Shown: piece by piece, positions 1-14,585 of the stretch
Numbering within the stretch: position 1 is the first letter of the stretch
Layout of the letters: every line of letters starts with the position of its first letter
DNA from: Saccostrea echinata
Taxonomy: Eukaryota
Assembly: GCF_033153115.1 (NCBI RefSeq)
Contig: NW_026889750.1
Coordinates: 33,170,001-33,234,000, forward strand
DNA length: 64,000 bases
Reading direction: 5' to 3'
Program-made: the position numbers and the translations under genes
The notes under the pieces: model-generated
Told to the model about the DNA's origin: nothing
The model's database searches: none
The model's input: only the letters and a program-made list of their open reading frames with translations

Positions 1-749
1 TAAAAAAATGCGAAAATCGGATCGCACCGCAGGTCAAAATTTCATAATTTACAATCAATACACAAAATAATGTATGTAGTCACAACCACTGTACAAACAA
101 AAAAAAAGTTCAATTTAAGAACTGTTACATTGTTTCATATTCCAAATTATGACTTAATATCTTGCTTCGTTGAAAAGAACTCAATTTCAGAAGATAGGCA
201 GTCCTCATTGAAAAGGGCAAAAAAGATGTCGTAGAACGTCACGGAGCAGCAGTTAACGATGCAGTTTTGTTTTGTTGAGGATCTGTAAAGAAACGGATTA
301 TCTGTAAAAATCTGTTCAAAAACTATAAAAAGTTAGTATGGTCATCATGAGATTTAGGCGGTTCACAGGTGCTGATCTTGTGAAAGCACAGTTACGCAAC
401 AACAAAAATATAACATTGACAAATAAAATTATGCTACTGGAACAAATGTTAGCAAAATATATTTCAAGTGATAAAGAAACGTTTTAGTAAGTGCATTGGT
501 ATTGGGCCATACTGTGTGAAATGTAAGGGAGAGTATTTTTGAGAACCGCATATCGCTATTTTCTTGACGTTACAATGTTGTAGAGTTTGCTCCGTGGTAA
601 ACAAAACATGTTGATTTTAAAATTAAATAACATGACTTCTATTAAATCACATGGAATGAAACTTTACACATCAACAAAATAAATATTTTAACATGTAATG
701 ATGTGCTCATTTTAAATTTCTTGAAAATAGTATAACGAAGACTGACATG

Positions 750-778
750 GTCCGCGAACTTTCGGAACAACCCTCGTA
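750..778. mobile_element. Right terminus of a mariner-like element (related left terminus at ~31421)
   Basis: gtccgcgaactttcggaacaaccctcg-TA; its reverse complement resembles tatgagggttgttcc at 31421. Confidence 0.45.
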
Positions 779-1538
779 CATACAGAGGGAGATCATATAT
801 ATCATAATCTCAAGTCTTAGAAACAAATATTGGTTTTAAAATATTATAGCGAATCATTTGATGTACACGTTGAAACTTCTTCAACGATAGTCTCCTTGAT
901 CAGTGTGCAAAGAGCACAACGAATAACACTACTACCATAACGAACGCACTCTTCCACCCATTCAATCACTCACTCCTTGCGAGGGGATAATAACTATTGA
1001 GTTTAAAAATTTTACTGGGAAATGAAGTGGGTTACTAAAATAATGATCGAGTACGAAAATACTGAATCTTTAGAAGAAGAAATCCTGTGGAGCCAGTAGA
1101 GCTTCTCATCAGATTTGATCACGTACCATCCCAATGCACGTATCTAGAAAGGGTTCGGAACCCCCCCCCCCCCCGGAATTTGCAGAGTTATATTTAATAT
1201 ATATACAAAAGCAAATAAAAAAATGATTTTGGACCCCTCCTAGAAAACATGGACCCCTGTTAAGTTGGTAGGAAAAGTTATACGTTTGAAGCTTAGGAAG
1301 TGAAGTGAATCGGCTAACAAACACCCCCACCCCCCCACCCCAACACACACATAAAATAGGTTTTTTCACGTTTGGGAAAGGACTTTACGGAAATTTTTTT
1401 TTATATTTGCTTGTCAAGAAATTTTCTGGATTGGATACGTTTGGGAAATTTTTTTTTTTTTTTTTTTTGCTTGTCAAAAAATTTCTGGGTTTAATTTGTT
1501 TGACTGGGGCGGACTCCCCCTGGAAAAAATTCCTGGAT

Positions 1539-1697
1539 NNNNNNNNNNNNNNNNNNNNNNNNNNNNNNNNNNNNNNNNNNNNNNNNNNNNNNNNNNNNNN
1601 NNNNNNNNNNNNNNNNNNNNNNNNNNNNNNNNNNNNNNNNNNNNNNNNNNNNNNNNNNNNNNNNNNNNNNNNNNNNNNNNNNNNNNNNNNNNNNNNN
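1539..1697. other. Assembly gap (N run)
   Basis: Run of n characters. Confidence 0.98.
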
Positions 1698-2432
1698 AAT
1701 ACTGTGATTTATTAATTGAATAAAAGTGATATTCTCTCACAGCGTGAAATGATACCAAAATGATATTCTCTCACAGTGTGAAAGGATATCAAAGTAAGTA
1801 AAAAATAATTTCTGGCCTGTCATAAGATAGAGATAACTAACCATCTTGGTAGAGCTAAAACTGCAAATTTCTTCCCAAATATGTTGCTAAAATCCATGCT
1901 AAGTAATGTTTTTCAATCTCACAACTGTTAAGCTATGACGTCTCAACCGGTCTACTATGACGTCAAGCTATGACACTGTGTTAAGAGAAGACAGAGGCAA
2001 AGGGAAATCAAATTATTTGTTCTCTGTATAATATCTCATTCTGTATCTGTATCTGTGCGTCACAGAATCCCTTTGGGGCTTTAATGTGACACGGGGGGGG
2101 GGGGGGGGGGGGCTTGCTTTGCTGTTGTTCCTTACTCTACTGTCTATTATATTTGTTGTTTCATAATCTTCAAAAACTTTAGGTCTGGGGTTTCTTTTTT
2201 GTTTTGGGGGTTTCATGAATTTGTCAGGTGCTATAGCTGGTATAATAGTGGGATACTACAAACGGTGTATTTTCGAATATTTAAACATGTACCTCTAGTT
2301 AAAGGAATCTGTTAATGGACATGTAGGCCTATATGCACACAGACAATTTTCAGAGCAGTTAATTTGATGACCAAAGCTGTCCATTTTTTTTCCTGGTATT
2401 TGAAATATATTGTAGGCTAAGTGCTATCATGT

Positions 2433-2612
2433 CATAGGCGTCGGAAGCATATTGAAAGTGAGGGGGCTAATTGAAAGTGGGGGGGGGGGGGGCGAAACCA
2501 ACAAAAAAAGGTAAGCCCCAGTTTTCAATGCCTATATTATGTCTATCTTTGCAAAAAAGTGGGGGGGGGGCTAAGCCCCCCTAGCACCCCCCCCCCGGTT
2601 CCGACGCCTATG
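2433..2612. mobile_element. Short GC-rich MITE
   Basis: 14-bp TIR cataggcgtcggaa / ttccgacgcctatg; flanked by catgt on both sides; internal poly-G/C runs. Confidence 0.75.
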
Positions 2613-4031
2613 CATGTTGTAAAATTTTGATTAAAATTTACTAGGTGGAGGTAAATGTTAAATTTACAACATGATAAAGACATGTTGTAAATTATGCATT
2701 TACCTCCACCTACTCCTAGTAAATTCAAAATTTACAACATGATAGTTCATGCACACTTTATGAGTTAGGCCTAATTTTAATGTCGGGACAATATTTGCTA
2801 AAACACATTATGATACTTTAAGTCTTTATGGTATTGAACTCTAACGTTAGATACTTCTGTCACAATGATCAAATACTAGACATACCCTTTTCCATATCAC
2901 ACCCTATAACAGCCTGAGACACCAATTCTTGGTTACCTTGGAAATATGTATTAAACAGTAAACCCGGAAATTCTCTAGGCTTATTTTGTTATCTCGGACT
3001 TGTCTGATCATTATTGAAAGTCGAATGTAAGATCGTAAGAGTTAATCTCATAAAAAAAGGCGGGGATTTGACACTCGAGTACCACAAATGAAATATTATA
3101 TGCACTAATAACAGAATAATGCAGGTCTATGTTTTTATGATATTAATACAGATTAGTGGTCTTAACATCGTGTAAGCCTACCATATTTGGATACTGCTTT
3201 CTGGTCGTAATTAATGTACTTTTTCCACCTATAACCGTTACTTTTTCTGTCACGGTTATTCCCCCTGGCCGACATGTTGGAAGTCAATGGGTACTGATAA
3301 CCATAGAACTTTAACCACGTGTGGGAGGAATATATGGGGGAAATTGTTTACAATATTGAAATGCACAGGACTTGGGAGGCAATTTTCCTAGCCTAGAGCT
3401 TTGTGCTTATTTGTAAGTGAAGTTTTGGGGTTTTTTTTTTTTCTTACTTGTCATTTTCTTTGTGACCCATGTCTTCATTTGATAAATGTGCGTGTGTTCA
3501 TGTCTGTCACATGATGATCCTCAAGAAAATAAATAACTTTTTAATAAATAATTTTTTAAATTTACTTTTGTTACTGACTGTCTTCAGAAATATTATTATA
3601 TATAGACTGATCAATCTCATAGATGGCTCGGCACCTCCTCACCTTCAGAGAGATTGATCGATCTGATATATTTCTGTAGAATCGGTAACAAACCTAGCTA
3701 TAATAAGTAAAAGTAGTGTACTGGAGGATCCCACTGTCCACCCTATATACCATACACAGGAGAACTAATTTAAATGGATGAGAGATCTATATTCTAATCT
3801 AGCAAAAAATATATTGTTATTGAGATTGACTGGCTTAGATATTAATAGGGAGTGTTATACTATATACTAATTTATAAATACCTGATATAATATATTTACA
3901 TGATATTTGAATTAATGCATGAAATCAATCTATAACACTTAGACCAGTTCCCTATGATAGATGAAAATATTTGCTTGTATAATATTATCCTTATCAATCA
4001 ATTTGAAGTGTTTCATTCCTGTTCCTTTCAG

Positions 4032-6077
4032 ATATATACCAATGGATACATTACATTTGATTCAAACTATGAAAGTCCAAATCCAGCCATTCTTGAACCA
4101 AACAACAATCCACAGAAAATGGTGGCACCATTCTGGTCAGATATTGACCTAAAAACGGACTCTAAAATCTGGTATCAGCTGTACAACAAATTTGGAACTG
4201 CAAATGTCTCAAATACATTGTCCGAAGTAAAATCAATAGTTGTGGAAAACTTCCGAGATAGCAGTGTAGCTGGATCGTTTGAGCCAAACACAGCACTTGT
4301 AGTCACTTGGGAAAATGTGGTGCAATCTCCTGCACTGAATCATGCTCTACAGGTAGCCGCCATTGTAAGCCTCAGGTTCAATATCATTATGAGACTTAAT
4401 TAATAAGAGAGTTTCTTTCTCCCCCCCCCCCTTTTTGTTAAATTGCAGTGGTTAGTTATAATAATTATTTTTCTTGATCAGAATGCTACCTTTCAACTCC
4501 TGTTGACCAGTGATGGAGTGACAACCTACACGGCATATTTATTCAAAACCATGAACTTCCTGCCTCCAAAGCCAGCTATGCTGGGTTACAAGTGTGGAAA
4601 TTCCCCCAGCAGCATCTTCAACCACCCAGGATCCCTCACGAATGCCATATATGACGAAGTCATCAATAGTGGTGATAATGGTATAACCTTTCTTTAGGCT
4701 GTTTCATGTTTAAGAAATTTGAATTGACAAGTTAATAAAATTTATTTGTACAGATTAGGCCAAAAAAAATAATAGTCTTGTTTCCTGCTACCTGACCTAC
4801 CCTATTTTTTTGCACCCGACCCTAAAGTTTTTTTAAGTTTTGGAAGAAAAAAAAATCATGAATTTCCAGAATTTTATCGTTCTGTCACTGTAATCGGTTT
4901 CCGTGTTAACACTAAACAAGCATTTCATGAAATTCTTGTTTTAAATATGGACTTTCATAAAATACCACTTGAGTTGTGCATAAAAAGACATGAAATTTCT
5001 TTTTTAAAAGACAATATTGACCAGTGACATGTTTAATTTGGTCTTATATTAGTTCATATCCAAAAAATGCTGTCGGAAAAAAATAAAAATATAAAATAAT
5101 TTTCCTACCTACCTACCCTATTTTTTTCAGGCTGGTAGCAGGAAACAAGACTATTATTTTTTGGCCTTAATTGCACAACAATAAAATGTAGAAGACAATG
5201 CTCAAGTTGCCCGGTAGAAAAAAAAAATATTTGAATTTTAATTTATTAAAGTACCTTACATTAGAAATGCTAATATTTCAAACTGTTCATTTTGTTTTGT
5301 CACGAAATTGATTTCTGATTTTGTCGAAGTTCTTATGTTTTATTACCATGATTACATTTTCAGTTATGATCCAATTTTTATTTATTTTCATATCCTTTTT
5401 AGCCAAAAATACCAAAGGATTGTGGGTTTACAAACTGGACACTTGTTCAAGTTCTGCCATAAATTACGTAGAGAGGTGCCAAAATTGGAGAATCACCACC
5501 GCGAAGACGCAGCAGGAGTTGGTTGCCCTGGCTCACTCACTGCTGGTAGCATGCCCATGTAACATCCGCCAGGTCAAGACTGATCCTCGCTTCATTGCTA
5601 GTTCTGCTGAACCAGGCTGTTATTTCAAAGTCCACTCACCTACTGGTTATTCCTTCACTAGGGTAAGACATAATAAAGATATCCATAATATGATGCAAGA
5701 GTTCATTAAACACTTTACAGTTCAAACGAAATTAAAACAAATTTTCAATCAGACTCCATGCACTCAGACAACTATTAATTGTACTTTGTGAGATTGTCGG
5801 TTTTGAATAAAGTTTATTTTATTTATGTTTATTTACATGCATGTCTTTTTACTGTAGAAATGTTGCTACAGCAGCAGCTCTGCTGAGGGGCCATTGCTGA
5901 CAGGTGTGGCTGGTTCTGGCTATGTTTACCTGTATAACCCTCTTCTTTACCCTTCCCTATCCCAGAGCTACGACACTGTGCCATACAACTGGTGCTGTGT
6001 TGAGGCAGGGCTTTGTGATGTATTTTTTGCTCAAAGGACATCAGACAACTGCTTGAACTATAAATCCCCAGAAAGTG
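4032..6077 (+). CDS. NIDO and AMOP domain exons of the mucin-like gene
   Basis: NIDO motifs [47 protein letters not shown]; AMOP motifs CQNW...ACPC, KCCY, PYNWCC...[16 protein letters not shown]. Confidence 0.88.
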
Positions 6078-9000
6078 GTATGTAAAACTGAAAATGACAC
6101 ATTGATACACAATCTATACTTTCCATGTACCCACAACATCTCAGGTCTTTTGTTCATTATTTTTCAAGAGTTTACAAGAAAATTATAATTAATATCAGTT
6201 AACGCATGTTTGCATTAATTTCTGATTGATGACATATTTAATGTGCTTCATCATATGTTCACTGGGAGAAAGAAGATGGATAGAGGAATGCATTTATGGT
6301 AGTAATGTTTGCTCCATGCAAATATTTAATTGTTAAAATCCCCAATCTGAGAAATCTGAATAATATTTCAACCTTCAGGTTAGTGATGGGCCAATTGTCG
6401 CCGACGATCGATTGTCGGTCGTTAGGAGCTCTTCGATGCTACTAATCGATTACAAAATAAATGTCGCCGACATCGCTGACAAAAAATAATATTGTAATAC
6501 TTTAATTTTATTACCAAATCCACGTGCAAAGAGTTTTAAAGTAGTGATGAATGTTTAAAATATCGAAGGTATCCTTGCCATGTTGATATTTACCGCCATG
6601 ATTGATTATAGGGTCAGACTAATAACAGAAAAACAGACAATATTAAGAGGTTTACTACCATATACACAGGAAAATATTAATAGTACAGACGATCTGTAAA
6701 CGTTATTAAAATCAGAAATCCACTTCAATAAAGGAAAAAATGAATAAACATATATGAATATAATTAATTAAATGATTTTTGGGGGGGAAAATCTGAACTT
6801 AAATCTGAATAAGTTTAACTTTTTTATATTTATTTCATTATGTGCAGCCGATTATTACCGATAATCGATTATGATTTTTTTCCGATTTCCCATCACTACT
6901 TCAGGTACAAGTAGATAAAGAGTAATAAGAAATTGATTTTAATTATTTTGTCTATATTTATAGGAGTGAGCTATGGAGATCCACACATTAACACTATAGA
7001 TGGTCTTAAATATACATACAATGGTCTCGGTGAATACACCATGCTTGAAGTCAAAAACATTTCTAGTGGATCAATCATTTTTGAGCTGCAGTCCCGTACA
7101 ACACTGGCACAAAATGAAACTGGTAGTGAAATTCATGCCACTATATTTAGTGCATTTGCTGCAAGAGAAGATAATGTCACTGCTCAAGTTGAGGTCAACC
7201 TTGAGAAAAATGGTACAGTCTTTATGGATTTGTTGATTGTGAAAGAAATGAATTAAACTTGTGTATTCTTCACAGTTAGCTCTGCATACCATTAATGTTT
7301 TTGTTGTTAAATCCTGTATTCTCTCTTTAAATTGTTTGTTAAGCAAGTATAAATTTGATTTACTTGAAAAAAGAAATAAATAGATATTGTTCTATCCTTT
7401 AATATTATTCTAAAGATAGGTAGTGTTCATTTCTGTTTTTTTTTTTTGTCAACTGAACTTGGAATGTTTTATTTTGTAGGAATAATTGTGTTTTGTAATG
7501 GGCTTGATGTCACCAATGAATTTTACAATGACACCAGTTATGAATGTTCCCAGAATAATAAGCTTCGTCTGTCCAGATCTCAAGTCAACAATCATTCAGT
7601 TCAGATTCTTTTCCCTTCAGGTTAGACAGTATAAGTACATGTATTTCTAAACTTTATTTTGTTGTGGACTTTTCTATTGGTTTATATTTTTAAATGTGAA
7701 GCGTTAATGATGAATATAATCTAAATATGTGTCATTTTTCTACTACCTTGAAATCAAAAGTGAAATCAATCATTTATTCATCATGATGCAGGTATATTTG
7801 TTAGATTTTTTTCTCCTGCTTACCAGTTAACAATGTCAAACACAAGTTATTATTTATCTTCAAAACTTAAAATCATCATTGTTTTTTATTCTGACAACAT
7901 TTCCATTGCTATTCCTAAAACTTTTAACTTTTTTTCAGAAATTGCTTTAATAGTATCATTTGATGTCCTAATGTTGGATTTGAATATCCTTATTCCCAAG
8001 TCTTTATCAAACGAGACCGAAAACAGGGGACTTTTGGGAAATATTAACGGTGACCCCACAGATGACCTGACCTTGAGAAATGGTTCAGTGATGTCGAAAA
8101 GCTCCAGTGAAAAAGATATATATTACACTTTTGGAGAATCTTGTAAGCATTGCTTGAAAAAGGGCAATAACTCCTAAATGTTAAACTACTGTTCAAAACA
8201 GTATGGCATAATGCATACACATAGAACAATAAAATGTTAAACATATGCATTGTCTAATACCTTTTATGACACTAGCATAAGAAAATATTTTAAAATTGAC
8301 TAACAGTTCAAAATTGTGTAATTTATATACATGCAGTTGCTTTATATAATGGATACTCAACATTCTGTAACTCTTAAGATAATTTCAGCCAAATCATTTG
8401 ATTTACTCTCTTTTTAGGGCGGCTAGATAGTGCAAATTCCATATTCTCCTACAGAGCTGGAGAAAGCTGTGCGATGTTTCAAAACAACAGTTTTGTGCCA
8501 CTGTTTTTCGAGGACTTTAAAGCATCATTGATTGAGAAGGCAAATGAGACATGTAAAGGAGATTCTGGCTGTCTTTATGACTATCTTGCCACCCAAAGTA
8601 AGGCTATAGCAGAGAATTCTAAGAACATCCTTGAAACCTTAGAAATGAGGCAACTACAAGCAGGTAAATATCAGCCTGGAAATCCACTGTAATGTTATTT
8701 GTTACAATGGCTCAAAATTTGGAAATTTTATCAAATCTGTCTATTAACTTGTGTTAACAGTAACTTTGTAATATTTATTATGTAACTTCCAAAATATAGT
8801 ACACATTTATCAACTTGACCAAAACAGTATTTTTCATCTGAAATGTATGTGAAGCATCTGTTTATCATATGTTGTAGCTAACACAGCTCCTGAAATAAAG
8901 GGGGCCCTGCTGGTCAATGCCACAATAGGACAGTCCCTAACACTTGTAGTTGAAGCCTCTGATTCTGATGGAAACTTGATAACTGTAGTAGGTCCAGATA

Positions 9001-9208
9001 GTAATTCTACTGGGAAGGGCACAGCCAATATATCCTACACATACCTTCCTACCACAGCTGATCAACAAATTAGGTAATCAATGCAGATATTTAATAACTT
9101 GGTGTATGTTGTTTTATATGCATTTTAACTTATACTGTTTTGTTACAAGTTTGTTGAATATAAATTGAGTTTGCTCTTTCAGTGTTCTAAAACTGTAAAT
9201 TTTATTTC

Positions 9209-9248
<40 letters not shown>

Positions 9249-10574
9249 AATGAGTGAATTTGTTTGCTCAAGGACTTGAATGCTTTTTTTTTTTTTTTAC
9301 ATTACTTGATAATGATAATACATATAACTGGGGCTGTAACAGCAATCCATTATACCAGCATACTGCAGTACACAAAAAATTGTACCATATTATGGTACAT
9401 ACAAAAACCAGGCCTTTCAAAATCAGTCGGTACCTGATAATTTACCCAGCTGAAATCATGATTTTACCAGCCAAAATATTCAGTGGAGAAAAATTTTATA
9501 ACAGTTTAATTAAAAATTGCTTCCACAAGGTACCTCCTATTTTTATAAAAGTACCACCTGGTTCTGATCTTTTTTAAAAATTAAGGAAACAGAAAAATAT
9601 CACAATACATATCAAAATGCAGTCCCATCGATGTATCATGATATATCACAATACACTTTACCATATCATTGCACCTTTAGGCAAAAAAAAAAATGAGTGT
9701 TTCTGGTAACATGATGGACCCTAGCTAATTTTACCCAAAGACCTTACTACTTTTTATTCCAAAATTCAGATTTTAAACTGTCAATTTGTTTACTAGTAAT
9801 GTTTCCTCATGGTACAGTCAATAAGATCATGTCTCAGACTGTAAAAATGTTTTGAAGAGTACACTTGTTGTGTATGTATATTCAATTATGTGTATGTAAT
9901 ACATATATGATGAAAAAACAGTGTATTGAATATTAAGTAACTATGCTTAAAAAAAAGGTAACAAGATGTGTTTGTGAAACACTGATGCCCCCGTATGGTC
10001 ACTTATAGCAAAGGTTAAAAATTCTCAAAAGCTAATCAAATATGTTGGTACCCAAAATAAGGTCTTGTCTCGAGGATTATATCTGTGAAATATGAAAGCC
10101 CTAGCAACCATTGAATAGATATGGAAAAGGTTAAAGTTTTTCAAAAGTAATTCAGACATCAAGGTCAAGGTCAAATGGTCAAAATTAATAGTGCCTAATG
10201 AAAGGCCTTCTCACAAGAAATATACAGGTGAAAGATGAAAGCTGAAGCACCAATCGTTCAAAAGTTATGACAAAGGTTAAAGTGTTTCAAAAGTAGGTCA
10301 AACTCCAAGTTCAAGGTCAATGGATTACAATTGTTGGTATCCAAAGGAAGGTCTTGTCACAAGGAAAAAACATGTTAAATATTAAAGCCCTAGCAACAAC
10401 TTTTCAAAAGTTGTGGCCAAGGTTAAAGTTTTTGAAAAGTAGGTCAAAGTCCGAGGTCAAAGTGTCAAAGTTGTTGGTATCCAAAGGAAGGTCTTGTCAC
10501 AAGGATTATATATGTGGAGTATGAAAGCACTAGCACCAACAGTTCAAAAGTTATGGCCAAGGTTAAAGTTTTCC

Positions 10575-10605
<31 letters not shown>

Positions 10606-10907
10606 AAGGGTCAAAGTTGTTGGTATCCAAAGGAAGGTCTTGTCACAAGGATTACATATATGAAGTATGAAAGCCGTAGCATCAGCAATTTAAAAGTTAT
10701 GACCAAGGTCAAGGTCAAAAGGTCAAAAATGGTGGTACCCAAAGAAAGGTCTTGTCACAAGGAATACACATGTGAAATATGACTGCCATAGCTCTAACCA
10801 ATCAAAAGTTATGGGCTATGTTAAAGTTTTTGTGGACAAACAGACAGACGGACAGACAGGGCAAAAACTGTACGGGGGCATAAAAAAATATTGCCTACCT
10901 ACCTTCC

Positions 10908-10942
<35 letters not shown>

Positions 10943-13456
10943 ATATTACTTAAAACACACAATTTTTCATCTGGCATTACATATGATATGCTTTAGCCAT
11001 ATCGCTACACCCTTACATATAATGTGCCTGCTGTACATTTGTTATACCCCCCGCAAACGAAGTTTAGGGGGGGTATATTGGAATCAGCTTGTCCGTCTGT
11101 CTGTCTGTCCCATCTGTCTGTCTGTCCGTCTGTCTGTAGAGGAGATTTTGTCCGGACCATTTCTTGGAAACTGTTGCAAGGATTTGTCTGAAAATTTGTA
11201 CACTTATTATTCGCCATATGAAGGTGTGCACCTGGTTTTTTCATCATGATTGGATAATTTTTTTGCATTTTACAGGTGTTTTTTTTTTCATTTTTATTAT
11301 GTGGTTTTGTCCGGATCTGTTCCCAGAGACTATTGCATAGATTTGTATGAAAATTTGTTCACTTATTATTTACCATATGAAGATGTGCACCTGATATTTT
11401 CAACATTATTTGATAATTGTTCTGCATTTTACAGTTGTTGTTTTTTTTTCATTTTTATTGACTTAGTCATTTCGGGTTCATGTCTAAGGTTTGAGACATA
11501 GAATCTAGAACATCTGTACAAAAATGTGAACTACAGCTTAAAACAACTCATTAGAACTAAAAAAAGAAAATCACAAAGTATTAAAAACAGTTTTTACATT
11601 ACACAGCAGATAGTGTAAATCCATTTGTCCCTTGGGAGTAATGAGTGGACATGCATCCAGTTAAAGATTAATTAATGAGTTCAGTGTGGGAAGCTGTTAG
11701 GGCATCTCTGATCAAGCAGGTCTTATCTATATCTCCTGGGAATTGGGCAGAAAGAAATAAAGATCTCTGTTGTCTAAGTCTCTTAATTGTAATTTATGTC
11801 TGTCAAAATACATAGTTACTGGAACCAGCCATTTATTTTTAAAATGAGTTTGATATAAAGGTATTAAGATCAATTTGATTTTGTATAATTAATTATGATA
11901 ATTTTTTTTTCAACAATCAATTTGCAGAGTGTCATGTCTCACAAAGATGACAGATAGTTGCAAACTATTTTTTCAATGTAATAAAAAACACTGTAATTAT
12001 TAGTATTGATGTTTTATTAGGCTGCACCTTAGTTTCTTTCATTAAAAAAAATATAATGAGTAATTAAATTTTCACTTTAAATGTTTAAGCAAATTGTGAA
12101 CACCTCTCACATCTAGAAAACATTAGTGATTTGGTACCTTCTCTGAAAAACCCAGCGGGGGGTATTTGTCCCATTTGGACAGTTCTAGTTATAACTGAAT
12201 GTCTTTACTGTAGTTTCTGGGCTGTTGACAACACTGGATCTGCATCAAACACTCTCACAGTGATTATTGTCAAATGTTCCGGCTGTTCTAGTAATGGAAC
12301 CTGTGACTTCGATCACCCTAAACCAACATTAGAACCTAACCAGTTTACTGCACCATGCATCTGTGACATTGGATATGAAGGTAGGCACGCTAATTCTTCA
12401 TATACATTAATTCATCTCCATAAGTTTTAAATTTCCTTTACAATATAAATACTTTTGAACAATTATCTTAACCCATCTATCAATCTATAGTAGCCCTCTG
12501 GCCTCATGGCTTGTGGAAATTTTAGTTATCACCTGTACTGGCATGCATGTGCAGTATCTCTCATGGACCATATACAGAACTCTTCTATTTTCCCTATATC
12601 AGATATTTTAGAGTTCATCTTGTGTTACAATGTAAACACCATTAATACAGGTGTGGACTGCTCAGTGGATGTGGATGGTTGTCATGACAACCCCTGTCAG
12701 CCTCCTCATATATGTACAGACAACTCCCCCACAGAACACAACAACACAGGAGTAGCCTTCCAGTGCAGTGATTGTCCAGCTGGCTACAAGTATGGCAACG
12801 AGAGGAAGTGTGTGGGTATGTCATATCTAAGGAAATTTTAAGGAAATAGTCATCTTATATACATATACAAATGTACATGTGTGGGTATATTAAAAATATT
12901 TTGATATATACATCAAATATAGATAAATTATTTGTCAACATTCATATACAGGAAAACAAGTAAAAAATAAATTCAACCTTAAAGCAAGGTGATTTTCATT
13001 CCCAGTAGTTTTAAAAATATATAATTATATATATATGAACTTACAGTGTATACCTAGGATATCGAATAATTACATGTAACTATGTATAAGTTGATTTCTT
13101 TGCTGTTGGCTATCAAGCTTCCTTGACTTTTGTAAACTTGGACTTAAACTCAAAAGTCAGTTTTTATGCACCCGCCATAAAATGGCTGGGGGCATATAGT
13201 GTTACCCTGTTCTGTCATTCTGTCATCATTGACTTTCCGTTCATTATCTCGGCAACAGTTGCACAAATTCAACTCAAATTTGACATATGGATACATTATA
13301 GGAATACGCAGGTTAAGCTCAAATTTGATCTTTATCCGATGATTTTTGACAGAGTTATCCCTCTTGAACTTAGAAAAAAAAATAAGAAATTTTCAGTTTC
13401 CACTCTCTAACTTTTGTAGGGATGTATGTATAAGGTTGAAATTGCATATGAAGGTA

Positions 13457-13496
<40 letters not shown>

Positions 13497-13851
13497 CTGT
13501 TTTTGTCCGTCGTCGTCCGTCGTGCGTTAACATTTGAACATTTTCAGCTTCTTCTCTGAAACCGCTGAACCAATTTCAGCCAATTTTTGCATATGGCATC
13601 TATGTGTGAAGGGGAACAAAATTTGTGAATTTCATGGTCCCTGCCCCCCTGGGGCCTGAGGGGTGGGGCTAAAACCACCAAAATTAATGCAATCTTTAAA
13701 AATCTTCTTCTTTACTCCTGGACATCAAGCAGTCAAACTGTTGACATGATTGTAATAAGCATTGAGCCCTCTACCAAAATTGTGAAATTCATGGCCCCAG
13801 GGTCAGGGGTTCTGGTGCTAGGGCGGGGCTATATAGATCATATAGTGAAAG

Positions 13852-13886
<35 letters not shown>

Positions 13887-14033
13887 TGGGTATTACTGAA
13901 ACAAATTGAATACATAGTTATAATAAGCAAGAGTGACTCTACCAAAATTGTGAAATTCATAGCCCCAGGGTCATTGGTTCTGGTGCTGGGGGGGGGGGGG
14001 GGGGGGGGGGCTATATAGATCATATAGTGAAAG

Positions 14034-14068
<35 letters not shown>

Positions 14069-14373
14069 TGGGTATTATTGAAACAAATTGAATACATAGT
14101 TATGATAAGCAAGGATGACTCTACCAAAATTGTGAAATTCATAGCCCCAGGGTCAGGGGTTCTGGTGCTAGGGTGGGGCTATATAGATCATATAGTGAAA
14201 GTGCATTATTTCTTTCAAAATCTTCTTCTCTACTCCTGGGTATTATCTAAACAAATTAGATACATAGTTATGATAAGCAAGAGTGACTCTACCAAAATTG
14301 TGAAATTCATAGCCCCAGGGTCAGGGATTCTGGTGCTGGGGGGGGGGGGTATATATAGATCATATAGTGAAAG

Positions 14374-14408
<35 letters not shown>

Positions 14409-14553
14409 TGGGTATTATTGAAACAAATGAAATACATAGTTATGATGAGCATGAGTGACTCTACCAAAATTGTGAAATTCATAGCCCCAGGGTCAGGGGT
14501 TCTGGTGCGGGGGGGGGGGGGGGGGGGGGGGTATGTAGATCATATAGTGAAAG

Positions 14554-14585
<32 letters not shown>

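Noticed and set aside
1109-1758. ORFs spanning or adjoining the N gap
   Set aside because: Open only because of Ns and low-complexity MITE sequence.
1-4031. Start/signal-peptide exons of the mucin-like gene (e.g. ATG at 3361, GAIAGIIVG at ~2228)
   Set aside because: Candidates hit in-frame stops or lack compatible donors; the 5' exons could not be supported.
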